20,000 nucleotides of DNA from an uncultured virus (IMG/VR IMGVR_UViG_3300042945_002143) (IMGVR_UViG_3300042945_002143); one strand, 5' to 3'; positions 1 through 8,963 are shown, counted from the stretch's first letter. Notes: generated by a model not told the origin, from the letters alone. Made by a program: numbers and translations.

Positions 1-528
1 GATGAATTAATCGATGATATTGGAATAAAAGGTTTTAATCAAAGTTTTGTTGAAGATTATATTGATGTTGAAGAACTTAAGGAAACTTTCAGAGAAGATG
101 AAGAAAGTAATGTTAGAGAAAACCTTGAAGATTTTTTTAATGAGGAAGATTTTGAATATTCAGACCCAGCAGTTCAAGAAAGAATTGATGAGATTAATAA
201 AATGTTGGAAGATTCTGAGAACTTATCACAAGAACAATATGACGAATTAAATGAAGAGTTGGATGAATTAAAAGATAGTGATAAAACTATTCCTGAAGAT
301 TTAATTGAGGATAAGGTTGAAGATTTAGTTAATGATTTGGTTGATGACCCTATGACCACAATTCAAAATTATGGTTTGGAAATTGAGAATTATATAGACA
401 CACAAGGATTCAAAGAAGGATTACTTCGTTCTGATGGTATCGGTCACACATTGAACACTTACGATGGTGAATACGATACTATTGAATTTAATGATGAAAC
501 ATATTACATTTTACAAATAGAAGGGTAA
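1..528 (+). CDS. Highly acidic hypothetical protein, 5'-truncated by the window edge
   Basis: Frame 1 is open from base 1 (DELIDDIGIKGFNQSF...) through the listed 202..528 ORF; very D/E-rich. Confidence 0.85.
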   Translation, partial: DELIDDIGIKGFNQSFVEDYIDVEELKETFREDEESNVRENLEDFFNEEDFEYSDPAVQERIDEINKMLEDSENLSQEQYDELNEELDELKDSDKTIPEDLIEDKVEDLVNDLVDDPMTTIQNYGLEIENYIDTQGFKEGLLRSDGIGHTLNTYDGEYDTIEFNDETYYILQIEG

Positions 529-529
529 A

Positions 530-1291
530 ATGGAAACCAAACCAAGAAAAAGAAGAACAAAAAAAAATAATCATTTCAGATTAACGACAGACTGGTTATT
601 AACAGAACCAATTGACTACGAACACAAATATTATATGTTGATGGACTTTTTAAAGTTCTGTGACGATAAGATTGAGAAGTTTGAGTTATACCCCTTATTT
701 AGTGAAATGTCATTACACTTGGCTAATCTACAAGTGATGTCTTCGGAATTCAAATACATCATAGTTAACAAAAAATTTGAAGTCATTGATGATGAAATAC
801 TAATCAATGAACTTAAATTTACACCAATCCCAAAGTTAGGTGATGATGAGTTGGAGGAACTAAATAAGGTTCTAAAATATGCCGGACCAAAGTTTTTTGA
901 ATACTTTAATGTCATCAAAGCTCTTTGGACATTAACATACGATTCAGTTTCAATCAAACATACCAACGAAAACAAGAAACAGGATTTAGAAAGAGGTTAC
1001 TTTTTTACACTTAATGGGAACAACAAAAGGATTTGGAAGTATACAACTGGTGGTATTGATACGGTTAAACACGACAGTAAATTTGCGGTTCAGTTAATAT
1101 TTGATGGGGAAAGTAAAAAGGTAATCAGAACAATATTAAATGAATTAACTCAAGATATAAGTTTACCTATTTTTGAATTAATGTCTTCCAACGACCTACC
1201 ATTTGAAAATACACTCCTACCAATCTTTAAAAGAAAGGTATTAAGTTACATAGTTCAGAAAAAAACAATTGTAAATCTAAAGAAAAATTAA
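530..1291 (+). CDS. Hypothetical phage protein (253 aa)
   Basis: Long ORF 1 nt after the upstream stop; no recognised motif. Confidence 0.85.
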   Translation: METKPRKRRTKKNNHFRLTTDWLLTEPIDYEHKYYMLMDFLKFCDDKIEKFELYPLFSEMSLHLANLQVMSSEFKYIIVNKKFEVIDDEILINELKFTPIPKLGDDELEELNKVLKYAGPKFFEYFNVIKALWTLTYDSVSIKHTNENKKQDLERGYFFTLNGNNKRIWKYTTGGIDTVKHDSKFAVQLIFDGESKKVIRTILNELTQDISLPIFELMSSNDLPFENTLLPIFKRKVLSYIVQKKTIVNLKKN

Positions 1292-1299
1292 TACTTTTG
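1292..1299 (+). promoter_or_regulatory. Bacteroidota-type -7 promoter element (TACTTTTG), 4 nt before ATG 1304
   Basis: Matches the TAnnTTTG consensus; intergenic. Confidence 0.6.
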
Positions 1300-1303
1300 T
1301 AAT

Positions 1304-1465
1304 ATGGGATTCAACAAAAAAATAATAGGGGAAGAACAAATTAAAAATTTAGAAAAAGATTTAACTATTATTAATCACTATCTCAAAGCTGATTCCATCA
1401 TTTTCACAAATAACGACGTTGCTAAAAAATTTAAAGAGTATGAGAAACAATATAGACCTGAATGA
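1304..1465 (+). CDS. Small hypothetical protein (53 aa, MGFNKKIIGEEQIKNLEK...), not in the ORF track
   Basis: Manual translation ATG 1304 to TGA 1465; fills the gap after a promoter element. Confidence 0.7.
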   Translation: MGFNKKIIGEEQIKNLEKDLTIINHYLKADSIIFTNNDVAKKFKEYEKQYRPE

Positions 1466-1640
1466 AGTTCTGTTAAGAAAACTTGAAAAACCAGTTCATA
1501 TCAATTACATTTGTGATTATATCCTACGAGTTGGAATCGATGAAACAAGAAAACGAATTGAAAAACTTGTAAGTGAGGGTATACTTGAAGAAAGTAAATA
1601 TGGAAAAGAATATTATGTCAGAACAAAAAGAAATGGTTAA
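1440..1640 (+). CDS. Small protein, possible winged-helix DNA-binding domain
   Basis: ATG 1440 (MRNNIDL...). The pattern HINYIC...ETRKRIEKLVSEGILEES..GKEYY resembles a wHTH. Confidence 0.6.
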   Translation: MRNNIDLNEVLLRKLEKPVHINYICDYILRVGIDETRKRIEKLVSEGILEESKYGKEYYVRTKRNG

Positions 1641-1842
1641 TCATCCATCACACTATGGTGGTGAGGATAATCCATATGAAGCAATCAAGGTCATTGATGC
1701 TTGGGGTTTAGATAAAGATTTTTATTTGGGTAATGCGGTCAAATACCTATCACGAGCTGGTAAGAAAGACAACGTAGTTCAGGACTTGAAGAAAGCGATA
1801 TGGTATATTGAAAAAAAGATAGAAAAATTACAGAATGATTGA
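1615..1842 (+). CDS. DUF3310 family phage protein (T7 gp1.7-like)
   Basis: VNHPSHY...EAIKVI...FYLGNAVKYLSRAGKK...DLKKAIWY signature; likely start MSEQKEM at 1615. Confidence 0.85.
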   Translation: MSEQKEMVNHPSHYGGEDNPYEAIKVIDAWGLDKDFYLGNAVKYLSRAGKKDNVVQDLKKAIWYIEKKIEKLQND

Positions 1843-2692
1843 GAATTATATTAACAGAGTCCTGAATGGTGATACCATTGAGGTGATGAGTGAGATGCCT
1901 GAAGGTTGGGTTGACTTGATTGTAACATCACCACCTTATAATGTAGGTATCCAATACGACACACATAACGATGAGATTGTTATGGATGAATATTGGGTGT
2001 GGTCTGAAAAATGGTTAACGGAAGCGTATCGTTTACTTAAAGACGATGGAAGAATGGCTATTAACATACCATATGAAGTTAATGTACAAGCTCGTGGTGG
2101 TAGAGTATTCTTCGCTTCAGAATTATATCAGGTAATGAAGAAAGTTGGGTTTAAGTTCTACGGTATTGTGGACCTTGAAGAAGACTCACCACATAGAAGT
2201 AAAACAACTGCTTGGGGTTCTTGGATGAGTCCATCCGCACCTTATATCTACAACCCAAAAGAATGTGTCATCTTGGCTTATAAAAAAGTTCATATCAAGA
2301 AGGTTAAAGGTGAACCACAATGGAAGGGTGAACCTTATCTAACTGAAGAAGGAAAGAACAAAGTTGCTTATTCCGAACAAGATAAAAAAGAGTTTATGGA
2401 ATTGGTATTTGGACAATGGAAATACTTTGCCGATACTCGTTCATTAACAAAGGCAACGTTCTCTATGGATATTCCTGAAAAGGCAATTAAGATATTATCA
2501 TATAGAAACGATGTAGTGTTAGACCCGTTCAATGGTTCAGGAACCAGTTGTGTAGCCGCAGTTGTTCATGATAGACGATGGGTTGGTATTGAATTGAGTG
2601 AAAAATATTGTGAAATTGCAAAACAACGAATACAAAGTTTTGTAGACCAAAAGAGTCAACAAAAATTAGAATTTGAAAATGGGGGTCAATGA
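1835..2692 (+). CDS. DNA methyltransferase, N4-C/N6-A beta class
   Basis: Catalytic DLIVTSPPYN precedes SAM-binding VLDPFNGSGT..VAA...R.WVGIE. Confidence 0.92.
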   Translation: MIENYINRVLNGDTIEVMSEMPEGWVDLIVTSPPYNVGIQYDTHNDEIVMDEYWVWSEKWLTEAYRLLKDDGRMAINIPYEVNVQARGGRVFFASELYQVMKKVGFKFYGIVDLEEDSPHRSKTTAWGSWMSPSAPYIYNPKECVILAYKKVHIKKVKGEPQWKGEPYLTEEGKNKVAYSEQDKKEFMELVFGQWKYFADTRSLTKATFSMDIPEKAIKILSYRNDVVLDPFNGSGTSCVAAVVHDRRWVGIELSEKYCEIAKQRIQSFVDQKSQQKLEFENGGQ

Positions 2693-2703
2693 CCTCCATT
2701 TTT
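2676..2703 (+). terminator. Hairpin/intrinsic terminator at the end of the MTase gene
   Basis: AAAATGGGGGTCA-A-TGACCTCCATTTT inverted repeat with T-run. Confidence 0.6.
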
Positions 2704-2736
2704 CATTTATTGATATATTTATTATAAAATATTGTT

Positions 2737-3108
2737 ATGAAAAATTCGGAAGTTGTTAAATTTTTATTAGAAACCCAAACTCAGTTCAGAGTGTTACACT
2801 GGCAAACAAAATCACTATCAAGACATAAGGCGTATGGTAAAACATATAGTTCACTTGATGATTTAATTGATAAGTTTGTTGAAGTTTGTATGGGTAAACA
2901 CGGAAGACCTAGTTTTACAGGTGGTTATAGTTTAGGTGGTAGTGATATTGAAGAACTTGATTTAACTGGTTTTATTAATTCAGTATGTGAATATCTTATT
3001 GGACTTTCAGAAGTTTATGACCCAAAGATGGACTCAGATTTATTAAACATTAGAGACGAAATGTTAGCGGAAATTAACAAGTTGAAATACTTGTTAACTT
3101 TAAAATAA
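2737..3108 (+). CDS. Ferritin/Dps-like four-helix protein (DUF5856-like)
   Basis: LHWQT...HKAYG..Y..LDDLIDKFVE...G; C-terminal DEML..INKLKYLLTL. Confidence 0.75.
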   Translation: MKNSEVVKFLLETQTQFRVLHWQTKSLSRHKAYGKTYSSLDDLIDKFVEVCMGKHGRPSFTGGYSLGGSDIEELDLTGFINSVCEYLIGLSEVYDPKMDSDLLNIRDEMLAEINKLKYLLTLK

Positions 3109-3131
3109 GAGGTATATTACTTTTTTACTTT

Positions 3132-3164
3132 AAAAGGTTCATCGTAATGATGAACTTTTTTTTT
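3132..3164 (+). terminator. Intrinsic terminator
   Basis: AAAAGGTTCATC-GTAAT-GATGAACTTTT followed by a T-run. Confidence 0.7.
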
Positions 3165-3183
3165 GTTACAATATTTATTATTA

Positions 3184-4587
3184 ATGAAAAAGATAATTTC
3201 CGAAGGTGGTATCAGAAACATAAGAGAACTTTCTGATAGATACAAAAAAGCAAAGATATACTTCCACCAAGATTTAGATGGTGTTGCAACTGCATTAGCG
3301 ATGAAAAAGTATTTGGAAGACAACGGAATCAAAGTTGTTGATGTTGAAGTAATCCAATACGGAGATAAGGAATTCGCGGTTAAGAAAGCAGATGCTGAAG
3401 GTGAAATCATGCCAGTTCTTGTTGACTTTGCTCACGGAAAACCAATGTTCGTGGTTCATACTGACCACCACGATAGACAAGCCGGAGCTGACGAAACTAA
3501 GTCAACTCAGTTCAGAGGGGCTCGTTCAAATGTTGAAACTCTTTCACAGATTGTCCCGGCTTCTGAAATTTTCACACCAGAAGATGTTGCGACAATATCT
3601 ATGGTTGATAGTGCTGATTATGCTTCAAAAAACATTACACCTGAAATGGTGATGAATTATGTGTATGGGACATCAAAAGAAAAGAGTGCTAAAGAAAATA
3701 GAATGTTATTAGGTTTGGTTACCAACAAATTATTGTTGGCTTTCAAAAGTAAACCAGGATTTTTAGAGACATTAGTATTAGATTGTAAACCTTCACTTCT
3801 TTCAATCTTCAATAAGATTAAGGAATTAATGAAGACAAACAGATATGCTGATATATCTTCATTAGAGAAAAACAAAGAAGATTACGTTCAGACAATGAAA
3901 GGACATAAGAATGTTCAGGTTAAAGATAATATCATCGTTCAGTATGGTGGTGGTAGTATGATGAGACCTGGTTCGTATGACAGATACACCCCATTTAGAA
4001 ACAACCCTGAAGCTGACTTTTTAGTTATTGCTTGGCCACTTGGTTTATTACAGGCATCATGTAACCCTTTTAAAAAAGAAAGAGAACTTAAAGGTGTTAA
4101 CTTGGGAGAAATTGCTCAAGAAGTATTGGGACATTGGGAATCACAATTAAAAGAAAAACAAGTCCCATTATCAACAATCAAGTGGGTTTCTGAAACTGCT
4201 GCGAAAGAAGAATCAGTTGGATTTACCTTTAAGGATTTTGCTGCAATATACGGAGACAAATACTTGGATGAGAAAGATGGTGTTAAAACACTTATGGATA
4301 TTAAATCTTTGATGGAAAAAAAATCATCTGAATTGACCGAAGAAGAATGGAGTGTGTTAGATGGTGTTACTGTTCCAGTATGGGAAGTTATCCAAGCTAA
4401 TTCAGGTGGACACAAGTGTATTACAAATGTATCTGGTTTAAATTATATTGGAAGAAGTAAGAGACCACCACAAGGTAAGTACAAGTACGATTCTGAAAAA
4501 GAAGATTCACCTTATATTAAGTTCTTAAAGATGTTACAGAATAGATTTGTGAATGTTTTACAACAGAAGATTGAGGAAAGTAAGTAA
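3184..4587 (+). CDS. DHH-superfamily phosphoesterase
   Basis: Motifs HQDLDG, LVDF, TDHHD, DSAD and C-terminal SGGH; likely start MKKIISEGG at 3184. Confidence 0.8.
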   Translation: MKKIISEGGIRNIRELSDRYKKAKIYFHQDLDGVATALAMKKYLEDNGIKVVDVEVIQYGDKEFAVKKADAEGEIMPVLVDFAHGKPMFVVHTDHHDRQAGADETKSTQFRGARSNVETLSQIVPASEIFTPEDVATISMVDSADYASKNITPEMVMNYVYGTSKEKSAKENRMLLGLVTNKLLLAFKSKPGFLETLVLDCKPSLLSIFNKIKELMKTNRYADISSLEKNKEDYVQTMKGHKNVQVKDNIIVQYGGGSMMRPGSYDRYTPFRNNPEADFLVIAWPLGLLQASCNPFKKERELKGVNLGEIAQEVLGHWESQLKEKQVPLSTIKWVSETAAKEESVGFTFKDFAAIYGDKYLDEKDGVKTLMDIKSLMEKKSSELTEEEWSVLDGVTVPVWEVIQANSGGHKCITNVSGLNYIGRSKRPPQGKYKYDSEKEDSPYIKFLKMLQNRFVNVLQQKIEESK

Positions 4588-4588
4588 T

Positions 4589-4936
4589 TTATTTAAAGAA
4601 CTCACAAACTTGTCCTTCTCTGATACCTAAATCTTCACAGGTACCACCTTCAAGTTCTAATACATACATTCCTTTACCTACAAACCTTTCACAAGGTTGA
4701 ACCTTACATGGTTCACAGTAGTGATGTATTTTATTGATTTTAAAGTTCTTATCAATAAAGATAATGTCTAAAGGGATGATACAATTCATCATCCAAAAAC
4801 TATGTGAACCATCACCCATGATGAACAACATACCGTCAAAATCGTCAAAAGTCTTGTTCATCATACCTTGACTGGTCTCAGAACTTTCAATTAACACTTT
4901 GACATTGAAACTATTTTTATTTATTTTTAACAACAT
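4589..4936 (-). CDS. DUF192 family protein
   Basis: GMM...DGMLF...SFWMMNCIIPLDIIFID...YVLELEGG. Confidence 0.85.
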   Translation of the reverse strand: MLLKINKNSFNVKVLIESSETSQGMMNKTFDDFDGMLFIMGDGSHSFWMMNCIIPLDIIFIDKNFKINKIHHYCEPCKVQPCERFVGKGMYVLELEGGTCEDLGIREGQVCEFFK

Positions 4937-4956
4937 ACTTATTAATAAATATTTCT

Positions 4957-5367
4957 ATGAAACAAAGTGCAGGAATTATTGTGAAAGTAAATGATAAATG
5001 TTTGGTTTGTAAGAGAACTGCTGAGATTAATGAACCATCAAAGTGGGCAATACCTATGGGTGGAATAGAAGAAGGTGAAGACCCAAAGGATGCTGCGTAT
5101 AGAGAGTTCTATGAGGAGATGGGTGTTCCAGTTGAAGAAGATATTAAACCTTTGGGTAAAATTAATCGTTATAACAAATTAGGTGGAATAAAAACTATTC
5201 TACATGTGTTCCTTTTAAAGACTGATACCAAAATCATTCCTGATTTAGAGAATGCTATGGACGGTTTTGAACACACAGAATGTGCGTACATGACTTTAGA
5301 AGAAATTAAAAAACTTAATATGTCATCAGGTATTAAGGAAGTTTTAACTGATGTGTTAAATTTTTGA
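4957..5367 (+). CDS. NUDIX hydrolase
   Basis: Nudix box GGIEEGEDPKDAAYREFYEEMG. Confidence 0.92.
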   Translation: MKQSAGIIVKVNDKCLVCKRTAEINEPSKWAIPMGGIEEGEDPKDAAYREFYEEMGVPVEEDIKPLGKINRYNKLGGIKTILHVFLLKTDTKIIPDLENAMDGFEHTECAYMTLEEIKKLNMSSGIKEVLTDVLNF

Positions 5368-5385
5368 TTTTTTTGATATATTTAT

Positions 5386-5416
5386 TTGACACTACGGAAT
5401 ATTCGCTGTAAGTTTG
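5386..5416 (+). promoter_or_regulatory. Promoter P1 of the large ncRNA
   Basis: TTGACA (5386-5391)-N17-TAAGTTTG (5409-5416), followed by TAAAA. Confidence 0.75.
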
Positions 5417-5487
5417 TAAAAGATTTAACACTTATAGGAAATGAAAGATACTCGGTAGTTAAATCAAAAAAAAAGTTCACAAACTAC

Positions 5488-5518
5488 TTGACAGAAAGAA
5501 AAAAAAGTCGTAAGTTTG
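5488..5518 (+). promoter_or_regulatory. Promoter P2 of the large ncRNA
   Basis: TTGACA (5488-5493)-N17-TAAGTTTG (5511-5518), followed by TAAAACAA; A-tract upstream. Confidence 0.8.
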
Positions 5519-5527
5519 TAAAACAAA

Positions 5528-5554
5528 TCGGAAATGTCCGAGACGTTCTTTGAA
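5528..5554 (+). promoter_or_regulatory. boxB-like hairpin plus boxA-like antitermination element
   Basis: TCGGA-AATG-TCCGA hairpin, then GTTCTTTGAA, similar to rrn boxA; the same 9-mer recurs at 15996. Confidence 0.55.
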
Positions 5555-6440
5555 ACAAAAAGATTATCCATTCTCTGAGTAAGTCGTATTCCCGCCTTCG
5601 TGTGACGAATATGAGCACTGAAAAGAGATAAACGATAATGGGCCGTGTATGGTCCTTAAATAAACTACGAAAGTAGGATAAAGTGGTCTCCCCCGTGTTG
5701 AGGAGACTGCGGTTTGAAACCCCGTAAGGGGAATTGAACTCAAGTACACAAGTGGGGTATCACCAAACCTTTAGTACCGAGGATAACTTCGTAGGGAGAA
5801 TGGTAGGGTGACCTGGCAAAGTAGATTGTCAGGTTGAGTTCGGAAGAACGATAAGAATAACCCATAGGAACTCTGTAAGAAATGTGACCATCCAGTTACA
5901 CAATTGCGGGTCCCAATATGATAGAGGACTTAAAACCGAAAGGTAAGATGGAGAACGAGTGGTGTCGCTACTATCCTTAGAGATAACCTGCCAAGGGTCT
6001 TTATGAAGTAATCTTGAAATATGGAGGTGGGGACACTTCACGGAGTAGTTTAGTATTCTGTCGCTCAAAAGGAGACAGAGCTTATGTTGGACCACTACTC
6101 TGACACATCTACTACACAAACCTAACATTATTACAAAATAACAAAGGAAAAGTGTCCATCAGGTTTGAGTGAAAGGTGACTACATAGTAATGAGCCGTTC
6201 ATTGCATACAGAGACCCCAAGTCAATGTGTATTGTTAAGAAAAACCTTTAGTCCCGCAAGGACGAACTGGGGTGGCAACCTCGGAAAGAGTTAAGTATTG
6301 ATAGAGTAATTCAAACCTCAAGGAGTGGTACACCTAAAATACCGTCACTAAGAAATACTACCCAAAAGGTGGTGGATACGAAGGGAAACAATAATCCTTC
6401 AAAAGTTTCTTAACATAAGCTGTAATCTCAGGCTTTTCTA
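5555..6440 (+). ncRNA. Large structured non-coding RNA (~0.9 kb), GOLLD-like
   Basis: No credible ORF; visibly more GC-rich than the flanks. Many GNRA-capped hairpins (CTAC-GAAA-GTAG, CCC-GTAA-GGG, ACC-GAAA-GGT, GTCC-CGCAA-GGAC) and TCTGTC..GACAGA. Bounded by dedicated promoters and a terminator. Family is inferred from size and context only; ends are approximate. Confidence 0.75.
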
Positions 6441-6444
6441 ATTT

Positions 6445-6469
6445 GACCTGTCAATTGACTGGTTTTTTT
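6445..6469 (+). terminator. Probable terminator of the large ncRNA
   Basis: ACCTGTCA-AT-TGACTGGT followed by a T-run (one mismatch). Confidence 0.55.
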
Positions 6470-6490
6470 ATTTATAGACAATTATAAACT

Positions 6491-6715
6491 ATGACAATAT
6501 TAGAAAATCTTAAAGAGGTATTACCATCATGGGCGGTGGTAAAACAAAAGGAACTACCATATAAGATGGAGTATGAGATTAGACTTCAACCTACTTTGGA
6601 TGAGGATGAACATTTTGCTTTAACACCAAAACTTAAGGAAGCTTGTCAGGGTAAGTTTATGGAAAGATACACTGTAGATATTGGTGAACACTTTTATATT
6701 TATACAAAAAAGTAA
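6491..6715 (+). CDS. Hypothetical protein (74 aa)
   Basis: ORF preceded by the TATTTAT motif. Confidence 0.7.
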   Translation: MTILENLKEVLPSWAVVKQKELPYKMEYEIRLQPTLDEDEHFALTPKLKEACQGKFMERYTVDIGEHFYIYTKK

Positions 6716-6717
6716 TC

Positions 6718-6903
6718 ATGATACCTAAAGAGATTAAAGAATTAGTTAACAAATACCCAAACAATTATGAATTGGGTGAGGAAGTTAGAAAATATTATCA
6801 CAAAAATAAACAGAAAGAAAATTTTAATTCTGGTGTTCTGTGGATAGGAATTTTATTCTTTTTTATATTTGCTTCACTCTTGACTTGGATTATAACCGTT
6901 TAA
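6718..6903 (+). CDS. Small protein with a C-terminal transmembrane helix
   Basis: GVLWIGILFFFIFASLLTWIITV; lies directly upstream of the endolysin. Confidence 0.65.
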   Translation: MIPKEIKELVNKYPNNYELGEEVRKYYHKNKQKENFNSGVLWIGILFFFIFASLLTWIITV

Positions 6904-6943
6904 TTTCCTGACTTTAAACATATTTATAATAAAATTATAAATT

Positions 6944-7777
6944 ATGTTACTAAAAGTTGGGTCTAAAGGAGAAGACGTTAAAAAACTCCAAGCAAAATTA
7001 GGTACCACCGCTGATGGAAGTTTCGGTCCTGGTACAGAAAAACTGGTTAAAGAATGGCAATCGGATAACGGACTAACAGCTGACGGTATCGTTGGTGATG
7101 GTACTTGGTCTAAGATGTTCCCAACAACTCAACCAGTTCAAGTGGTTAAAGAAGATGTTGTTATCCCGACAAGTTCTGAGTTTAAATTACAAAATCTAAA
7201 AGGACATGTTCCTGACGCAGTAATTGCTCAAATCCCTGAAACTGCTAAAAAATTCAATATTACTAACCCATTAAGATTAGCTCATTTCTTGGCTCAGTGT
7301 GGACACGAGTCAGGTGGGTTTAAAGCTGTTTCTGAGAACCTTAACTATTCTGCTGACGGACTTAAGAAAATCTTTGGTAAGTATTTCCCTGGTAACTTAA
7401 ATGAGTCATACGCTCGTCAACCTGAAAAGATTGCTTCACGTGTTTATGGAAGTAGAATGGGTAATGGTGATGAGTCAACAGGTGAAGGTTTCAAGTTCCG
7501 TGGAAGAGGTTACATCCAATTAACTGGTAAGAATAACTATACAAACTTCGCTAAGTTCATTGGTGAAGATACTGTGTCTAATCCTGATTTAGTTGCAACC
7601 AAATATCCTTTGGCATCTGCGGCGTTCTTCTTTGATTCAAATAAACTTTGGTCAATCTGTGATAAGGGTGCAGATGTTGCAACGGTCACGGCAGTTACCA
7701 AGAGAGTTAATGGTGGTACGATAGGTCTACCAGATAGAATAAAACACTTCAACGAGTATTATAACCTACTTAAATAA
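6944..7777 (+). CDS. Endolysin: N-terminal peptidoglycan-binding domain plus GH19 catalytic domain
   Basis: LLKVGSKGEDVKKLQ..L...ADG.FG..T...WQ...GL.ADGIVG; HFLAQCGHESGGF, FRGRGYIQLTGKNNY, TKRVNGG. Confidence 0.93.
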   Translation: MLLKVGSKGEDVKKLQAKLGTTADGSFGPGTEKLVKEWQSDNGLTADGIVGDGTWSKMFPTTQPVQVVKEDVVIPTSSEFKLQNLKGHVPDAVIAQIPETAKKFNITNPLRLAHFLAQCGHESGGFKAVSENLNYSADGLKKIFGKYFPGNLNESYARQPEKIASRVYGSRMGNGDESTGEGFKFRGRGYIQLTGKNNYTNFAKFIGEDTVSNPDLVATKYPLASAAFFFDSNKLWSICDKGADVATVTAVTKRVNGGTIGLPDRIKHFNEYYNLLK

Positions 7778-7780
7778 TCT

Positions 7781-7806
7781 AAAACCCCTTGAAAAAGGGG
7801 TTTTTT
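7781..7806 (+). terminator. Intrinsic terminator
   Basis: AAAACCCCTT-GAAA-AAGGGGTTTTTT. Confidence 0.85.
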
Positions 7807-7831
7807 ATTTTACAATAAAGAAATTATTCAC

Positions 7832-7839
7832 TATATTTG
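7832..7839 (+). promoter_or_regulatory. Bacteroidota-type -7 element (TATATTTG)
   Basis: TAnnTTTG between the terminator and ATG 7866. Confidence 0.6.
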
Positions 7840-7865
7840 TATCACTAATTAAAAAATAAAAAAAT

Positions 7866-8918
7866 ATGAAAAAAATCAAATTATTTCTCTTAACTCTTTT
7901 TGCATTCATTGGAATGAGTGCATCATCACAAGTATTAACGTCTTTTAACGTTGATATAATTAACCTCGGAGGATGTCCATACACATTGTTCGGAAACTAT
8001 TATGGAGGTGGTATTCAAGGTAGTATTACTTTAACACAACAACCTACAGGAAGTTATGTTGCAGTTGTACCAGCAATTGATAGTCTAAATGTTAGTATCT
8101 GTGCAATTTATACTTCACCATGTTTAGGTGAGACTTGTATAAATGAAACAATATATCTTGGGTCAGGACAAGGTGTTCAGACATTTACGATAGTACTTCA
8201 AAACCAAGACTCAGATTTTGATGGGTTCATGGATAACATTGACTGTAATCCATTTGACCCATATATCTATCCAGGTGCACCTGAACTATGTTATGACGGT
8301 ATTGATAACAACTGTGATGGTTTAATTGAGGCAATGCCGACAATTGATACTCTGTACTTTGTTCCTGATTCACTTGTATCTGAACCAAACACTATTTACG
8401 TGGTTTACCAAGGTTCAAATACTGTAGAATGGGAATGGTTTTTTGGAAATGGAGGAAATGGGACGAGTTCAAACGAACAATACCCAACCATTACATTCCC
8501 TACCTCAACGTTTACTTCACAAATGCTCCCGATTAACTTATACGCAATTTCCATTAATGGTTGTCAGGTTTATACTTCAATAAACTTTTCAATTGATAGT
8601 AATGGAGTTTGGACACCGGGTGGAATTTTAAATGATTATACCTTAAACGTTGTTCCTGAATTTATAATTGGGGTTGAAGAAACAATGACTAATAACGTTA
8701 AAGTTTGGCCAAACCCTGTGTTAGGTGTTGTTAATATTAATACACCTTCAAATAGTGGGATGTTAAGAATTATGTCTATCGACGGAAGATGTGTCTATCA
8801 AGAAAAATATTTAACTAACAACATTCAGTTTGATTCTGAAATATTAAGTGACGGAACCTACGTTATTACTCTTACTGACGATAGTGGTAAGTTTTATACA
8901 ACAAGAATTATTAAATAA
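7866..8918 (+). CDS. Secreted protein with signal peptide, Cys/Asp metal-binding (MopE-like) motif, PKD-like domain and T9SS type-A C-terminal sorting domain
   Basis: [29 protein letters not shown]...DC...[27 protein letters not shown]...PTITF; VKVWPNP...I.IMSIDGR.V...[10 protein letters not shown]...TTRIIK. Confidence 0.85.
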   Translation: MKKIKLFLLTLFAFIGMSASSQVLTSFNVDIINLGGCPYTLFGNYYGGGIQGSITLTQQPTGSYVAVVPAIDSLNVSICAIYTSPCLGETCINETIYLGSGQGVQTFTIVLQNQDSDFDGFMDNIDCNPFDPYIYPGAPELCYDGIDNNCDGLIEAMPTIDTLYFVPDSLVSEPNTIYVVYQGSNTVEWEWFFGNGGNGTSSNEQYPTITFPTSTFTSQMLPINLYAISINGCQVYTSINFSIDSNGVWTPGGILNDYTLNVVPEFIIGVEETMTNNVKVWPNPVLGVVNINTPSNSGMLRIMSIDGRCVYQEKYLTNNIQFDSEILSDGTYVITLTDDSGKFYTTRIIK

Positions 8919-8921
8919 TAA

Positions 8922-8945
8922 AATCCCCCTGAAACATGGGGGATT
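8922..8945 (+). terminator. Probable terminator hairpin
   Basis: AATCCCCC-TGAAACAT-GGGGGATT directly after the stop codon. Confidence 0.6.
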
Positions 8946-8963
8946 ATAATTTTTATATCGGAT

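Noticed and set aside
1835..2692. Restriction-modification system
   Set aside because: No adjacent endonuclease; best read as an orphan phage methyltransferase.
47..4415. Short overlapping alternative-frame or antisense ORFs (47-250, 174-359, 631-975, 3117-3410, 3295-3480, 3392-3652, 3657-3875, 4116-4415)
   Set aside because: They are nested in or largely overlap longer, better-supported genes.
5564..6128. Minus-strand ORFs 5564-5749 and 5829-6128
   Set aside because: Atypical composition and antisense to a promoter-bounded structured RNA; likely spurious.
5555..6440. Group I/II intron, RNase P RNA, tmRNA or rRNA fragment as the identity of the long RNA
   Set aside because: No interrupted host gene. 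GAGCCG near 6192 does not continue into a domain V hairpin. I found no GAGGAAAGUCC RNase P core, no tRNA-like tmRNA ends and no recognisable rRNA sequence.
6718..6903. Holin call for the TM protein upstream of the endolysin
   Set aside because: One C-terminal helix and adjacency are not enough; the endolysin has its own upstream motif.
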